Source: Catajapyx aquilonaris
Lineage: Eukaryota
Length of the DNA stretch: 64,000 bases
Reading direction: 5' to 3'
Assembly: GCA_000934665.2 (NCBI GenBank)
Contig: KZ538003.1
Location: 1 to 64,000 of the forward strand
Shown: piece by piece, positions 25,518 through 40,200 of the stretch
How positions within the stretch are numbered: position 1 is the first letter of the stretch
How the letters are laid out: every line of letters starts with the position of its first letter
Made by a program: the position numbers and the translations under genes
The notes under the pieces: model-generated
The model's database searches: none
What the model was told of the DNA's origin: nothing
Seen by the model: the letters and a program-made list of their open reading frames with translations, nothing else

Positions 25518-26090
25518 TCCATCCCAGACCCAGTCCATTTATCTCCCAATCCGACCATTTGAACCGTGTGTTTTCGGTTGACTTGCAAAGGGAAAGGGGG
25601 TGTTAGGACCCCCCAGCCAGTGGTGGACCCGCAGTCCGGGGAACCCCTCCTGGCCAGCATCCGGAGCCACTTGACCGCCTCCCTTCCCGCATGCCTCCCT
25701 GGTCCCTGGTTTTCTCTCAGAGCAGCAGCTTGCTTTTCCCTTTCCCCGCAGACCCCACGGCATGTGTGCCGGAATTAAAATCCCTCTAATGTTACACTTA
25801 ACGAAGCGTGAAAGCATACTTCCAATCCGTGAGCCCCGCTCAAAGCGAAAACCCTTCGCTAATGAACGAGGGGGGGGGGGGGTCTACANNNGGGGGGGGG
25901 GACTCAATTATTGTCAGAAAAATACCGGAGCCAGGGAAGTGAACCGTCGAGTCTGCGGCATACTGGATGTCACAGTCACAGGGGCTTGTCCTGGGGCGAG
26001 TAGGGTAGGTGGTGACCTGTCAGAATTTTAAGGTGTCAAGTGGCTTAAGCAGTCTGCGAAATACGTCGCGAAAAAACGGATCAGATGTAG

Positions 26091-26190
26091 AAAAAATCGC
26101 TGCTATTTGAATAGCAGTGCAAAATCGCTGTTTAGATGGAGCTGTACAAAATCGCTGCTACTTGCATTGGGTGTGCATAATAGCTGCTCC
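26091..26190. repeat. AAATCGCTG short-period repeat cluster
   Basis: Three aaaatcgctg units plus aatagcag/aatagctgct; same words as 24759-24803 and 25326-25517. Confidence 0.6.
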
Positions 26191-26191
26191 A

Positions 26192-26291
26192 CATGTTGGA
26201 CACTGATAGTTCCATTTAAAAATATTCAATATAGGGAGGTGTCGAACATTGTCCAACCTAATTAGGGTGTCCAACTTCACAGGTTTTGCTG
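26192..26291. mobile_element. pogo/Tigger-type MITE remnant (same family)
   Basis: Right TIR gtgtccaacttcacaggttttgctg (26267-26291); partial left TIR catgttggacac near 26192-26203. Confidence 0.62.
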
Positions 26292-29200
26292 CACTTGCCT
26301 GTTGAGCATGGATGGAGCTGTGCAAAAATACCGCCGGGTATCTGGGTTTCGCAGCGTGTCTGGTCTACCCAGATACTGTCTCTTATTCCTCTCTTGCTTT
26401 CCAAGCAAGGCAACTCCGCAGCCTGGCGACGTCTTCGTTATTTCTTCCACTCCCCTCATTAAATCCTTCCCCGGTTGGTCTTCTTGTTAGTGTCCCAGCT
26501 AATTGCATAGCATGTTTGCTGCCAGTTAGTTATATCAGCCAATTAAGTCCTCAATGAAAATTTCAGCTGTATCGAGAGGCCTGATTCCGCTGATTAGGTC
26601 GGGAATGAAAAATGGAAGAGGGATAATGAGGCAGAGTGCAGTGGGAGGTGGGGAGGTAGGAAAACGGGGAGGGTTGGGCTGCTGTCTTTCGGGTTATCCC
26701 CCCCTCTTCTCCTTCCCCCTCCCACCCTACCCTGCCAGTTCTATACGCCTAGTTAAGTAGAACTGGGATAATAGGCAGGGCCTCTCTGGGAACAAGCTCC
26801 AGGGTTTAGTCGCCGAGGTTCAAATGAGCCTCGTAACGAAGAGGAATTTGAAAGTGGCTTCTGGCGCGATAAATAAGTAAAAGGAAGGAAAATTCATTCA
26901 CTAATTACATCCGTTTGCTAATGTACCAGGTGGTGAATAATTCATGGGGCGAGACCCGACCTGTCATAGGAGTTGGCGAAAAACCAAGGGCAGGCGCAAA
27001 AGGCCAATGCAACCCCACGGCACTTACACGCTTGGCGAGGCCCCTACCACGACTGCCAACCCCCCCTTTGCTTGCACCACAGAAAAACTAGCCGAAAAAT
27101 ACTCCAGGGGAAAAATGTCCGGCCTAATTTTTAACTCATATGTATATTTTAAATGTGTACGTTCCCAGTAGTGCGCGTAATTTTTTTTTCGGTTAATGAC
27201 TGCACAAGTTTTGCGACAGTTTGACTCTTGAATAAGGCAGAAAATTCAACAAGTTGATACTGTGCAATTTTTGCACGTTGGCCCAAGAAAAGACGCTCCA
27301 ATGAAATAAATTGTCTGCTCGTTCCTTTAGAGTTGTGAAGGAAGGGACCACACTGATAAGCAACATTCCACCTCCTGGTTTTTCTTTTATCGCCTGTTTC
27401 CTCCCCGCCAAATAAAAAAAAAAGCAGGCGAGAAACCAAAAAGAAGAAAAAAAAAGAAGGTTGGTCCCCACCTCTTCCTTGTTTATAAGCCACCCTCTTC
27501 TATTCTCCATCTGTTCGTAGCCTGCGAAGGGAGGCCTTTCATGCAGGTCATAAACGGGTTTTAATTTCACCATAGTACACGCTTAGAAGTGCAATGTGAT
27601 GGTCCCTAATCAGTACCTGTGAAGGGATGTGTGCTTATCTGCGAGACACGGGCCGGGAAATTACCCCCGCGACTACAAAACCTGAAGAAAATTGATATGC
27701 GTTGCACTACACCGGAGGGGAATATAAAACCAGGAATAAGAAAAGGACTTTGCTACTCTAAGATGCGGCTGCCAAGGAAGAGAAAAAGAAGTTTGCAATT
27801 TTGAGAGAGAGGGGGGGGGGGTTATTAAGGTGCTTTTCTGCACGCATCCTGCCCGTTGAGGCTCATACATGTACAGGGTGCAGTAAGTTCAATTGAATTT
27901 TTAAACAGGTCCCTCCAAGGAATCATTGGACTGGTGCAAAAATCGCACGCGATGTGTCCTTTCAGCCGGCACTTCAAAACCGGGTGTGATTACACGCCCA
28001 ATTCACACTGTGCTGACAATAACCCTAGAATTATCCCGCGCCTATCATTCCGGAATCGGTTGCCACCTTTGAAGAACACCGAACACGTAGCCATACAGTG
28101 AGGGTCTATAAACCAGGGCTTCTCCGAGGACTTCTTATCGGTTCTGTCGTGACTTGCAACTGGGGTTTTTATTGTGGCAGTAGGAATCAGAAGTCGCATA
28201 TATGAGGCCAGATTGTTTTATTGAACAAATCTGTCGTGATGACTTACCATATATTGCCCATAAAATAATATACAAAGAAAATGTACCAAAATCTTACTTG
28301 AAAACTTCATTTAAAAAGTACGGTATCATATGTTTAAATTCCCGCCTCTGCGCAGAACGTGGCTCGGAGGCCCGTTCTGAGCAGAACCTCCTTCGCCATT
28401 TGTCTAAATCCGCGCGTTATTTTCCCTGGGCCCAAAATTGGGATGCAGCTGTTGGCAAAATTATTGCCTGCAAACTTTCTCCCTGGCGAAAATGCGAGGG
28501 GGGGCCAAGCGAGCTATCTCTTGTCTGCAGTCTTCGGCCACAAATGAGCGGAACTGTTGCCTCTGCAGTTATGGTGCTATGGTTGCGGGTGGTGGTTACC
28601 AACTCTGGGGAGGGGTCGCCCAGGAGAAGAAGAACAAGAAGAAGAAGAGAAGGAACGGTGCAGCAGGGGGGAAAAGCTGGGGTTCCGCTGCGAAATTAGT
28701 TCCGTCGGAAAGTCATCTGCCTGACTCCGGATGAGAAGAGAGAGTAGAGAGGGGGAGAGTCTCCGGATTCTTGCTCAACTTTCACTAACAAGGTGGACAG
28801 GAGAAGTGGTGGATGAGGGGGAAGTAAGTGGGGAGACTTGGCTGCCTCCTGTCTCTGGGACGGATGGTGGATGAAGGACCGGACCTGCTCATTACGAATC
28901 TCAGAAATTGCGCAAGGTGTGACTGACATGGAGTATATTGTTACATGAAGAAAAACATTGTTTGGTGCGGTGGTGTCCAAAAGTACACCAGCTCGAATAG
29001 CTAGCTGTGTACCGGGATATAGTTACGAGTAGAGTGCTTTCGTGGGATGTACTCCTTATACATCTTGCGGCTTGCATGAAAGTTGACCTCCCTCTGAATG
29101 GATCCGAGGGCAAAGAGCCCACTCAGGTGCGGCCCTCTCGTCTCAGTTGTAATCAGATGGGAAATTATAAGCACATTCTTGGCCTGATGGTCTAGTAATT

Positions 29201-29923
29201 GCGTTACACTTTATAGTTCGCGATAATCAGCTGCAAGGTAAACAGGTAGTAGACACTCTAGTGCATTAAACCAAAGTTGGCTAAATCCTGCTTGTTCTTG
29301 AGGCAGCCTAGGCTTTTGAGAGGTGAGCCTGTTACAAAGTGGCCTTGTATAGACCTAGTGGGGGTAGGTAGAGGCTTTATACCTCCGGTAAGCTCCAACC
29401 TCTAGCAAGGTCTGGATGGTGATGCTGCATCTTGCTCGTCCCTGCAGGCCCCATACGCTTGATTTCATTTGGGTGAGCCCCAGGCCCCTCTCTCTCTCTC
29501 TACTTCTCTCTCCGTGCTCTTTATTTTATGAGGCTCCTCATAAAGTGGTCCCCCCGATGATTGCGGTACTTACCGGCGATGGATTAAGCAAGAGTAAAAG
29601 CTTGCTGTAATCTGCAGTAATTGAGAGGAATTGCAGAAATTGCTTGTATCTGTAAACCCAAGACTTCCATTAGCCTCCATTAATGGATTGAGTAGCTGAG
29701 CGCTCCCGCGTAAGTTATGAAGTGGGCTGCGCTGGTGTGGTCGCTACTGAGCCATAATGGAGGGGGGGAAATGGGGGAAGGAGGAGGGAGGGAGGAAGGG
29801 AGGAAGAAAACCACAGGAGAATCTTGCGCGCTCTGCAGATGCTGCTTTCTTTTTATTAAAGGCTATCGGATTGTAAACATGACTCGTGGGATGTTACACA
29901 TTATTGACAAAAATGTGGAAATC

Positions 29924-30020
29924 TCTACATATATAAAGCAGAAAGTTTGTTGGTATGTATGTCACGGCTACCTAACCCACTTTCAGACTGCTATAAGTGC
30001 TGAAATTTGACACACAGATG
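29924..30020 (+). mobile_element. Helitron-like 5' fragment, copy 2
   Basis: tctacatatataaagcagaaagtttgttggtatgtatgtc start followed by the shared core with 18563-18626; no CTAG 3' end with hairpin identified. Confidence 0.65.
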
Positions 30021-31949
30021 CATTACATGCCGCTGATTGAGGGAAACGTTCCAAAACTGCACTTTTCGAGTATTAATATCCAAAATATGTTTTTTTTTGT
30101 TGTGGTACAGTTGACGCTCCGGCGGGTGCTTAACTTATGATTTTTTGAGGCAGAACATGGTTCTGAATGTGCAAACAATGGGAGCATGGGAACGTGCAAG
30201 TGCAGAGCCACACATTTTTGAGTGAGTTTTGCAAAGAAACACGAGTCAAACAGACAGCACTGGGGCGAGTGTAATGCAAAACACACACACATAAACAAGC
30301 CGTCCCCCCACCTGTTGGTCCCGGTCAGGGAGTGCATGGAAGTGTAGGTGCCTTTGGGCTCCATGAAAGTGCAGCTGCAATAGCATCCTCCCTCACCACC
30401 TCTGCCATTCACCACGTTAGCCTTTTGTGGCCAGGTTTACCTGCGTCCGCTAACTGCTGAGGTTCATACTTCACGCCCTTCCCGCTGGGGAGGGTTTCAT
30501 TTACTCGCCATTTCAAAGGCTAGCTATAGCTGGGGCTGCCTGTGCTCGCAGAAACACCGCGATTTGATGCCGACTCTGAGGCTGGGAAATTTGCCAGGTG
30601 CGGGTGCTACTTTTTAAGTTCGCTGTGGGATGCTGCATTAGGTAAATGAAACATAGAGTTACGTTGGAGGGACGCCTGGTGTTAATCATGGTGGCTTCTA
30701 AGTTTCAATATTTGAGTAGGTCGTTATCAAAACCAAACGGCTATCTCATGGTGTTAAAAGTGCGACTCAACGCTAAATTACGATCTCCAGTATATGGAAA
30801 CAGTTTCACAATTTTTTTGGGGGAAATGTCGTATTGGCTCTGAAAATACTTTCGTTTTTTTTTGGAGTGTTCGACCTAAGCTACTAATTTACATATAATT
30901 CAAGTTTCCTTGCACAGGAGATTGAAGAAAAAGTACAAGAAAATTGATGGTGGTGTACCACCCCCCCCCCCCTCCAAAGGCCTATCACGGGGTAAAATAA
31001 AGAATAAATAAATAAAATAAATAAAAATATAAAATTCAAGAAACATACACTGTGCAGTAGTGGCACATCAAAATCAATCCTGGAAGAGATCCCTTTTTGA
31101 GGGAATTTTGAGGCTACACAGCAGGACTCAATAAATCACGTTAATGGAGACTCGCACTAAACACCTCAAGTGCAAAATGACAATAGACGTTTTCAGCAAC
31201 GTTTTTTTTTGCAAGCATGCTGTATTGTCACGCATCACATACTATTGTTGGAAGCCCCGGCCCGTAATAAGCGAGGGGAGGGCTTTATGCAATGCGGCAC
31301 ATTATAAGCCCGGGAGCCAGAAATAGAGTCGTTTGTTGGAATTGTTTCGCACGGAAAAGTCATCATCGACGCACGTTAAGCTTATGAAACGGCCGTAAAT
31401 GCAACGGATTCCGGTACCTCTTTTAGCTAAAAAATTTTCCCCCAATGTTGGGAACGGGGGGCTCCGGTGTTATTCAAGAGCTGTTATAGGCTCCGAGTTA
31501 TGGGGCGTTGGCCGGCTTCTGATGGATTACAAATTGCCCTCCGGTACTTGCACCATTCCTTTTTACTATAGACTGGAGTGCATGGCAATAGCCCTGAAAA
31601 GGCCGGGTCATTCCGCACAAACGATGCGCGTCCGCTTTTTTTTTTAGAATATTATTTTTTTTTCAAGCCCTTCCAATAGCCCCCTGTGCATGTGAATGGT
31701 TGAGGGCGCCTCGCATTGACCGCAACACACGTTATGGGAGGGTCATTCCACTTTACCTGCCTCACTTGTTTTACCATTATGCGCTGGTGGTACTACAGCA
31801 TGCCTGGGCGCGAATTACATTTTCATACACCCCCACCCCCCTACACCCCCATGTCCAACCCGGAATTTTTTTAACGCTTCGAACGCTAACCACCTGCTAA
31901 CGGGGGATAAAGACGTGATTTTTAACCGGTTATATTTTTTCCGTTCCAG

Positions 31950-31996
31950 GGGAAACTGGTAGAAGCAGAGATATCCAACCCATTTTTTATCCAGAG
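31950..31996 (+). other. Candidate 47-nt internal exon
   Basis: tttaac branch-like site (31921-31926), ttttttccgttccag acceptor, and gag|gtaagt donor. Confidence 0.45.
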
Positions 31997-32261
31997 GTAA
32001 GTCGACCCACTTTTTCGGTTCGATTCATTATTCAAACACTTGCTTAATGAAATTGTCCAACTGGTTCATTGTCCTCTCGAGTCTGATAGGCCTTAGATAA
32101 TTTATCGCCTAGAGGTAAAAATGGGGGCCTGGCAATAATATCAGCCTGTCAATTGCAAGTCCTGATATGATAACATTATTTGAGAGATTCGTGCCTCAGG
32201 TTTGGACTTATAAATTTCAGATTTGTCTAACCTTGCTACCGTTCGCAGGGATCTTGTTGTA

Positions 32262-32572
32262 CAGGGCGAGTCAGAACTGCCGATCATTATGTCTTTTTAT
32301 TTCTGCAAGTACCTGACCAATCTCCAGAATTTTTTAAATAATGGTCTTGTGAGGGCTTGTCTGAGGGTATTGAGAACCTCTTCGTTATTCGCTGACTACC
32401 TCATAATAGGGAAATATGTCGTGACGATGATGATGATTAAATAAAAATAATAAAAATGACAAATCAACAGACTGTAATGTCATTAATAAAATAAAATATT
32501 AGTTATGAAACTAACAAATTAATTTCTTATCGCTGTCTTGACTCTCTTGACCTGATGTTCTGACTCACCCTG
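32262..32572. mobile_element. Tc1/mariner-type MITE (311 bp, 16-bp TIRs)
   Basis: ta-cagggcgagtcagaac (32262-32277) versus gttctgactcaccctg (32557-32572), a 15/16 inverted match enclosing an AT-rich non-coding interior. The right flank is CG rather than TA. Confidence 0.75.
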
Positions 32573-35257
32573 CGCAGAGGCGGGAACCTGTTTGAGAAAC
32601 ACGTCCATTGTGCTGAGCATGTAGTTTTCCAAATGAGACGACTCTTAAATGACCCGTCCGGGTCTTGTCACCACGGGCAGAAAACTGGTCCGACAGCGTT
32701 TTCTACCCTGGCGATAATTCGGGTGGCCCCCACCGCACCGATGCTAAATCACTCCGCCTATGGCCCCTCCCCCGGTATTAAGTGTACAAAACGCAGGCGA
32801 GATGTTAATCAGGGGGCTTGCAAGCTTTATCGGCGGACGTTATTATAATAATTATAATTGGGTGGCGGGGGGGGCTACGTGAGCTTTGGGGACACCGCAG
32901 TATCGCGGCGCCACAGGAGCCTAATTGCCTCCTCCGTGATTGAACTGTCATCTGCGAGAGTTGCTGCTGCAGCCCTCCGATAACTATCTGCCTGGGATAG
33001 TAACGGGATGCAAGGGGGGGATAGGGTTTCACACTCACACCCTGCTTGATCATTTTCTGCACTAATCAGACGGAGGTGACAAATTAGCTGATTGTACTAA
33101 TCCGTTTGCAGAGAGATGGTAAGGCGTTGTTTGTAAAGTCTTACGGAAGTATTAGTATCCAGAGTCTATACGACTAATTGCTTATATATTTCTGACGCAT
33201 ACGAATGACGCATCGTCGGACTGACCGCGATGTGACAAGCATTAGCATACCGTGTCAGGCCTGTTTTAATTTTGACCTTGCTGCCAAGCGGGAAATGCGG
33301 ACAAACGAGTCTGTCACCGATACAGTGCGTTCTGGTAGTCAATTTTTTTGTTCAGATATGGAATGGGCGACATGTTCCCAAGTAGGCCACTATATAGCGG
33401 TTGATTTATCATTATGAGTTCTGGATAATTATCCGGCCCTAAATCAGCGGCATGTAATTTTAACATGTCACCAAGGCAGGATTTACTGTCATTTGCATAC
33501 AGATTTTGTTTCCAATTTGTGGGAACGTGTGTGTACGGGGTATTTTAATGGTATTGAAAGTAGCTGCTCTTGAAATGCTAGATTATGGCCAGAGCAGCAC
33601 TCTCGTTATATTTAGAAGCTTTAGAAACTAGATGAGACCCTTAGTTTAGAGTCAAGCCCAGTGCACTTGCGATATGGGCACGTGACCGACGCGTGACCTC
33701 AAAAAAAAAAATTAAATCGTCTGGCATGCCGGAAGACTCATTAGAATTTAACATGTGGCGGGGGAGTTGTTCGACTCATTGGCGCCAGTACCTGATCCTG
33801 AGATAAGGGCTTTTATTGCGAAGTACATAGAGAACTGCTGCGAGTGCGTGAGTGCGTGAACTGACTTCTGCTGACATCGCAAGCGAAAAGGGACATTCAC
33901 CTCTGTAAGTTAGCATTTGATAATTAGCCTACATTCTTAGCTTAAGAATGACCAGAAATATTTATTCCTTCGATCATGAGACAAAACTGGATTAACTTGC
34001 ACTGAACACCATTTTCCGATAAATATATTCATTCGTCATAAATTAAATTATGATCATAATAAACTAATAATTAGAATAATTGCATCAAATTTGGTTACAT
34101 TTAATCCATAACAACTCTCGGACATTTATAGCTTATTTGCAATCATTGTGTAAAAATCAACGCCCCTTTAGTCACTTGCAAGTGCTTATTTAGCCAACCG
34201 GATTGCGTCTGTCATTGCCCCGTTTACGACTAAACACTGACATTCAGAGCAGTAATCTGTCGCAACAGAATTACAAATGGAGTGGTCGCAAAAAAAATTG
34301 TAACAAATGATTTTCAACATGGCAAGGTGAGTCTCGACGAGTGTTGGGGAAGCCGCAGTCGTTGGTCGCAATCAAAGAGCGGCATTAAAGCCATTTACTG
34401 CGGCATCGGCATGTCGCAATACGAGTCCAACGAGTGTTGCAATCGTTTTTCCCCCCTCTAGTATTTATTATCTCTAATGGAGGAGGGGGGTCTAGGCCAC
34501 ATTATGAAAGTTGAGTGTGGCCCACGAGTCTGAGAAGAAAAATTGCGAAAAGTTGTTTGGGACACTTGGGAAATGGGGAGGATTCTCTAGCAATTTCATC
34601 TTGTGTGTTTGGGAGAAGGCTTCTCCTGCAAGTCCAAAGAAATAGAAAAGGACTGTTACTGTATACGTTATATGGAGGGGGCGATATTGCGCAAAAGATA
34701 GGGGGGAGGCCAGGAGTCGCAAGGAAATATTTGCCAGCGCCATGCAAAAGCCAATATGCGAGTAATGAAAGCAACTGGCCAGTTGCTGAGGGGGTGCGCC
34801 CAGTTTAATATCCTAACCAGGGTTATAATACTGTGTGTATGGATACCTCCAAGGCTTTTTTGCTGACGTCACAACCAAACATTACAGCTCTGAAAAAAAA
34901 ATTGGCGTCCCAATATTAAAACTTGTTACTATATTCCCTGACTTTGATGGCTGCTGGCCTTAAACTGAGGAGGCCGGTTCCTCCGGACTATAACAAATGC
35001 TGGGGCTTGGCTTTATCTACAGAAAAAAAGAAGTTTTGCTCCGGATCTCAGGGCCCGGAAGAAGTGGAAGACGAAACGGTAATCCCTGTATCCCTCTTTA
35101 GGGAAAGACGGATTCTCTAACGTGATTGGAATGATGCTGCCCCTCGCTCCGTATGGGATGTTTCCTTCACCCGCTATCACTTTTCCATTTTGTCAAGTGC
35201 ATTGCTATCTGTCTCTTGCTGCCTTCCGATTTTTTTCTTCTGTTCAAAGCAAACTGG

Positions 35258-35279
35258 TATATATATATATATATATATA
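35258..35279. repeat. (TA)11 microsatellite
   Basis: Direct reading. Confidence 0.95.
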
Positions 35280-37182
35280 CAGAGTTTTAGGTCGGATTTG
35301 GGGTCCGCGCCGGCGCGACTCATGAATCCGGATGAATTTGTATCCATGAGTTTTCTTGAGAGGAAAGTTTGGGAAACTGCATCGTAGACTTTTTTTTTTT
35401 GTAGGGGCTAAAAGGCTTTCGGCATACGCATGATTACGAACTTACATTTTTTGGTCGAAATTAAATCCTCGTATTGAACAAAGTGCGTAAGTTGTGCCCA
35501 CCCTTTTTTTTCAGAGCTGCCATGTGCAAAATTAACCCTTCCCCCCTGTTTTAATAAAAGATCGGTCCCTGCGACATCCAAAATTAACTGAAAACCACAG
35601 AATTCGGAATCAGAGAAAGGGGTGACCACTCGACGTACGTTTTCATCGTAAAATTCCCCCTAGTGAGAAAGGGGGAGCCTAAAACCACAAGGTCACTCTG
35701 GGCTTGAATAAGATATAAGTCTATAGTACATATAGAGCAAAAAGGAACGATATGCATTTGTCAATGGGAAGCTAGAGCTTTTTCTAGAGAGCGGCACCGA
35801 GACCCCCTCCCCCCCTCCACGCTGCTGTACTCTCTCCCATAAAACTTCGAGTGTGCATGAAATATTTACAGTGCGAGGCAATCTCTCGAAAGGGCCACTT
35901 AGCTTGCATTAGTTACTATTGGCCCCCGTCTATTGACTACAGGATAAAACTCATTCTCTCTAAAAGCATTTGAGTGCCTTTTTTTGGGACGGGGGAAGGG
36001 GGGAGGAGGGAAGCCGGGGAACCCCCCCAGTCAAAATGAATACGTCTCTCCTGATGTAACTGTAAAAGGTTGGAGTGGTTTTTCGCTGGAGAGGGTGCAG
36101 ACTAAGCATCCTCTGCCTTTGAGACATTTAATCCGCGTGCTGAGCTCGAGCTGACCCTCGGAACACTTCTGGCTGGAAAATTTAGGGTTAGATTCTGTGA
36201 TGTTATATATTATTTTTACGTCTGGTTAGTAGTGTGATTTTCTAATTTGGAAGTCTTTCCCACGCTTCACATCATGTCACGAGAAGCGGGAATATCACGA
36301 GATTCCTTCGCTCAAAAAACTTGATTGTTCGCCTGGCACTGGTTTTCGCCAAAATTTCAACCCCTTGCTGTGGTATATGGCAGGTGCATTTAGCTAAAAT
36401 ACTATTCTATGTGTACATACCGGCTCCCTATCGAATGTACGGATTGTTCAAACATTAACCTTGGCAAAGCACAATCTGAATTGTACACATTAGGAAATTG
36501 CGCCGTGCACACATGCCCACTCCCCACCCGAAGTTTGATGAATGCGATGTTTTATAGATGCCGCCACCAATTCTAGGGGAAACAATCGGAAACGTCCTCG
36601 ATTATTAATGACAAAGCAATGCGGTAGGCTCCCCTTCAAATTAATAGACTTGCAGCCAAATCGCTTTATCGACCATCCGTCAAGTCGTGATAATCGGCTG
36701 AAGGAGTAATTCCCACCTGGTTTTATATGACAACAATGTACGAGGGGGTCACTCTAAAATTTTGATATTTAATTTGTAGACGGTCTATTTCTCCGATGAC
36801 ATAATCCGTTCTGTACAACCGATTTTTTTTTCCAGGTTTTAATTGAAGGTGCTTACCTGCGTGAGCTAGAGGGACAGGTGTGGTTTCCAATTAGGCCCGG
36901 TGTGTGCTTATAGCTCACACTGGCCCAGATTAGCCTTCATACAAACGCCCCACTATTGTCCTGAGAGAGCACCTGCGATTTCCCACTTGATGCCAGCCAC
37001 ATCGTTTGCGCATGAAACCCATTCTTGGGACCACATACCAAACGGTTTCTTTTTCACTCAGGTATATATCCAGCCGCCTCTGCTTGCTTGCTTCTTATCT
37101 ACACCCTCATTAGCGGTTGGCTCTAATCCGCACCTCGCATGTCTCACTCGGATTGTGGGTTTTAGGACAGAAATCGCTGGGA

Positions 37183-37202
37183 AAGGTCCTGGGTTCGAAT
37201 CC
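37183..37202 (+). other. Isolated tRNA T-arm / Pol III B-box-like motif (SINE remnant?)
   Basis: aaggtcctgggttcgaatcc contains GGTTCGAATCC (37192-37202); no convincing A box or cloverleaf. Confidence 0.35.
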
Positions 37203-40200
37203 TATATATCCTAGAAGGTGATAAATCGTCAGTTTCTACAGGGCAGTGAGTCGACAAATTGCGGGGCGTACTTTGCGCCTGAAGGATTGCATTCAATTTT
37301 GTCGGCTGCGGCTGAAATGACTATTATTATAATTAGTGAGTACACGATTCAATGGCCTTTATTGCCGGGGAAACGCACACGCTAGGAACTCTCTCTGTTC
37401 ATGCTATACAAATCAATTAAACAATTTTCCATGCTTTAACAAGCTTGCCGACCTCGTTGTTACATATCAAAAATTGACGCCATTGGTGTCATATGGTGAA
37501 ACTTTAATTTCCAGCACATCATACAGCCAATTAACGCGCATTTTAAACTTTATATTAAACAACAAATTATACATCTATTTTCCCTCGTTAATACTGCGGG
37601 TGGAAACGCGAATTGCGCGTGGTGTTTACAGTCAAACGGATCAAAGTTGAAACCCGCTGCAGCTGTGCAACCACACACTGCTCTCTGGATTTTTGATAAA
37701 CCACATTTATATGAGCGTTGGCTTTAAACGTATGATTCATACGCATTATTTATTTATTTATTTATTGCCGACTTAAACATGTTTCTCTAGTCTGCCGTAT
37801 CTGATGTGAGTGTGACAGTTCGTAACATGAGGCTGCTCTGTCCGCGTGAACCCTTCTGTTTTTTATATATATAAAATTGCAGGATATGAGTTTAGATGCC
37901 GGTGACCATAGAGAGGGGGTTGACAAAAAAAAACAGCGGGCAAGATTGGAGTGGTTCAACTCGGATGGCCGATGCGTTTGAAGGGTGGCGACGGGAAAGG
38001 GACCGCAATCACCCCCCTCTCAATCCTTCTCCCCGCCAGTCGCTTTATTGTGGATCGCGCTGCTTTCCACGGTCACGAATTCAATTAACACTACCCCCGC
38101 CGGTACATATAGGAAAGGAACCGTTTTTCTCGAGGGGGCAACAGCTGCACCGGTGTTTCCATCCCATTGTCATTGATTCTTCATTGACCGGAGGGCAATT
38201 TTTGGTGACCTGAAGGTGCCCCCCTCCCCCCTCTCACTTTTTTTTCAATTAGGACCTGGAGTCTGGTTGGGTGGGCATTTTTCTGAGGGTATTTCGAAGG
38301 CTAGGTTTGTGTGGACCTCCCTCGGGTAAGGTCTGGAGGACACCCTGCCGAGAGTTATAATTGAGTGGGCTCGAATGAGTGATCGCTTCCCGCCCCCCGT
38401 TCACTTCACGCACACACGGCACACAATGCGGTAGTCACAGGAGCGTCCGATGCATCTGCACTTCTCCCCCCCATCCCCGAACATTATTTTTTTCCATACG
38501 GCTGCTCAACCTGTGTTTGTCATGATTAGTTCAAAGGCCACGTGGTTGATTGCCCCCTCTGGTAATTAAAGCTGGATCTTGTGATATTGTAAGGTATAGC
38601 CACGAGCGCCATCTAACCTCGCGTCAGTGCGTTGGTCCGTTGCCAGGTGAAGCGCGGTACTTCCTTGCGGGGAATCCCCGGTAGGGGAATCCTGACTGAA
38701 TATGTATAAAGAGGCAAGTGGGATAGTAGTTTGTTCGTTTCACCTGCGGTGCTTCCCGCCGAGACTTGTACGGAGACGGAGCGGCAAATCCGGGTAATGC
38801 ACATCACGTGCGGTGCATAAACAGGCGCTTGCTAAGGACTCGGCTGACTGGAATTAAGGAGAGGGAGGGGCAATGGAGGAGGAGGTAGGAGCCTAATCCT
38901 GCCGAATTGTGAGGTCAGGTGCTCGCTCTGTGAAGGGTGAAATCCAAGAATCGACGGCTTGCAGACGACGCGCCCTGCAGCCTTTGGGGAAATTAGAGCA
39001 AATTCGTTTTCAAAGTCGCGGGACTCCGAGCGGGGCCCTGATTCAGTTAGAGTCGCGGGGACTGGCTGACTGTGTAACCTCCACCTCGATAGGTAGAAAC
39101 ACCATATGTAGCCTGGCATTGATGGGATCAAGTAGCGTGTGTCATTCAACGGATTGACGCTGCTTTGCCAAACCCCCTCCTCGGAATGCCAAGAAGCCAA
39201 GGTATCAGATTCGTGAGGCTGTGGATAGAGGACATCACTCCGCGGTTCTTTGATCGGACCCCGAGAGGAAATGAAGCCTAATGTGCCCCATTTCCTGTCG
39301 GGCGATGAGGTACCGGTCGGCTACGTGCCAAATAATATTCAGTTAATGTTGCACCCAACATTTTGCTGCAGGAGAAAAGACCAGGTGGCGCGAAATTATT
39401 CTAGCTATTTGCTATAGAAACTAATAGATATGTTGCACTAACCTTCTCCTGAAATTTTTTGCAAGGGATAGAAAAGTTTGCTCAGATTCTATCAGGATGA
39501 ACTGAAGAAATTCCGCCAAACAATACATTGTCGGATTGTGATGGGACAATACCTGCAATGTTGGCGTCCCATTTTCGGGGGGCGACATCTTTCTATACCT
39601 CCCCCTCCTTCAACTCTTGGCCTCTCTCCGATGCTTTTCCAGACTATAAAAGGGCCGGCACGTAATAACCAGATTCAGGTATTGTAGAGTGCACACATAA
39701 CTCTTGGCTTCCACAAGAAGCAAACGCAATCTAGGCCCGAAAAGAGCCATGGAGAAGGCGAACCATTAGGCTGGTAAGTTATGACTCGAACCTTTTGTCA
39801 AACCGGTAATGGAGAGTGGCTGTGCGAGGAAGCGGTTTCGGGTGTATGGGTATTGGTGCGAGTATATATATACACACTCTGGTGGTGACAAACAATGCAT
39901 CTTGTTGGAGCATCCGGAGTTATTAGAGGAGGACCATCAGACGCACACTCGCACAATCGTATTAAACTTTTGACTGATGTTCCTCCTGCTGTAGACATTC
40001 ATGCCAGAGATTGATCTAACGCTTATCTCTTCAAATTAAGAAGTTTTCTTATGGAGCGTTATGCACCACCATGTCACAGATCAATCCCCCTTACACCACC
40101 ACCACCACCACCCCTCACCCTCTAAATCCCCAAACTTCAGTCTTGTGGTCGGAACTGCAAAAGTTGAGGCTAATATTTTCATCGTCGGAAGAAACCCATT

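Noticed and set aside
37100..37210. Possible tRNA gene
   Set aside because: Only the T-arm/B-box is present; no acceptor stem, D-arm or anticodon arm can be built.
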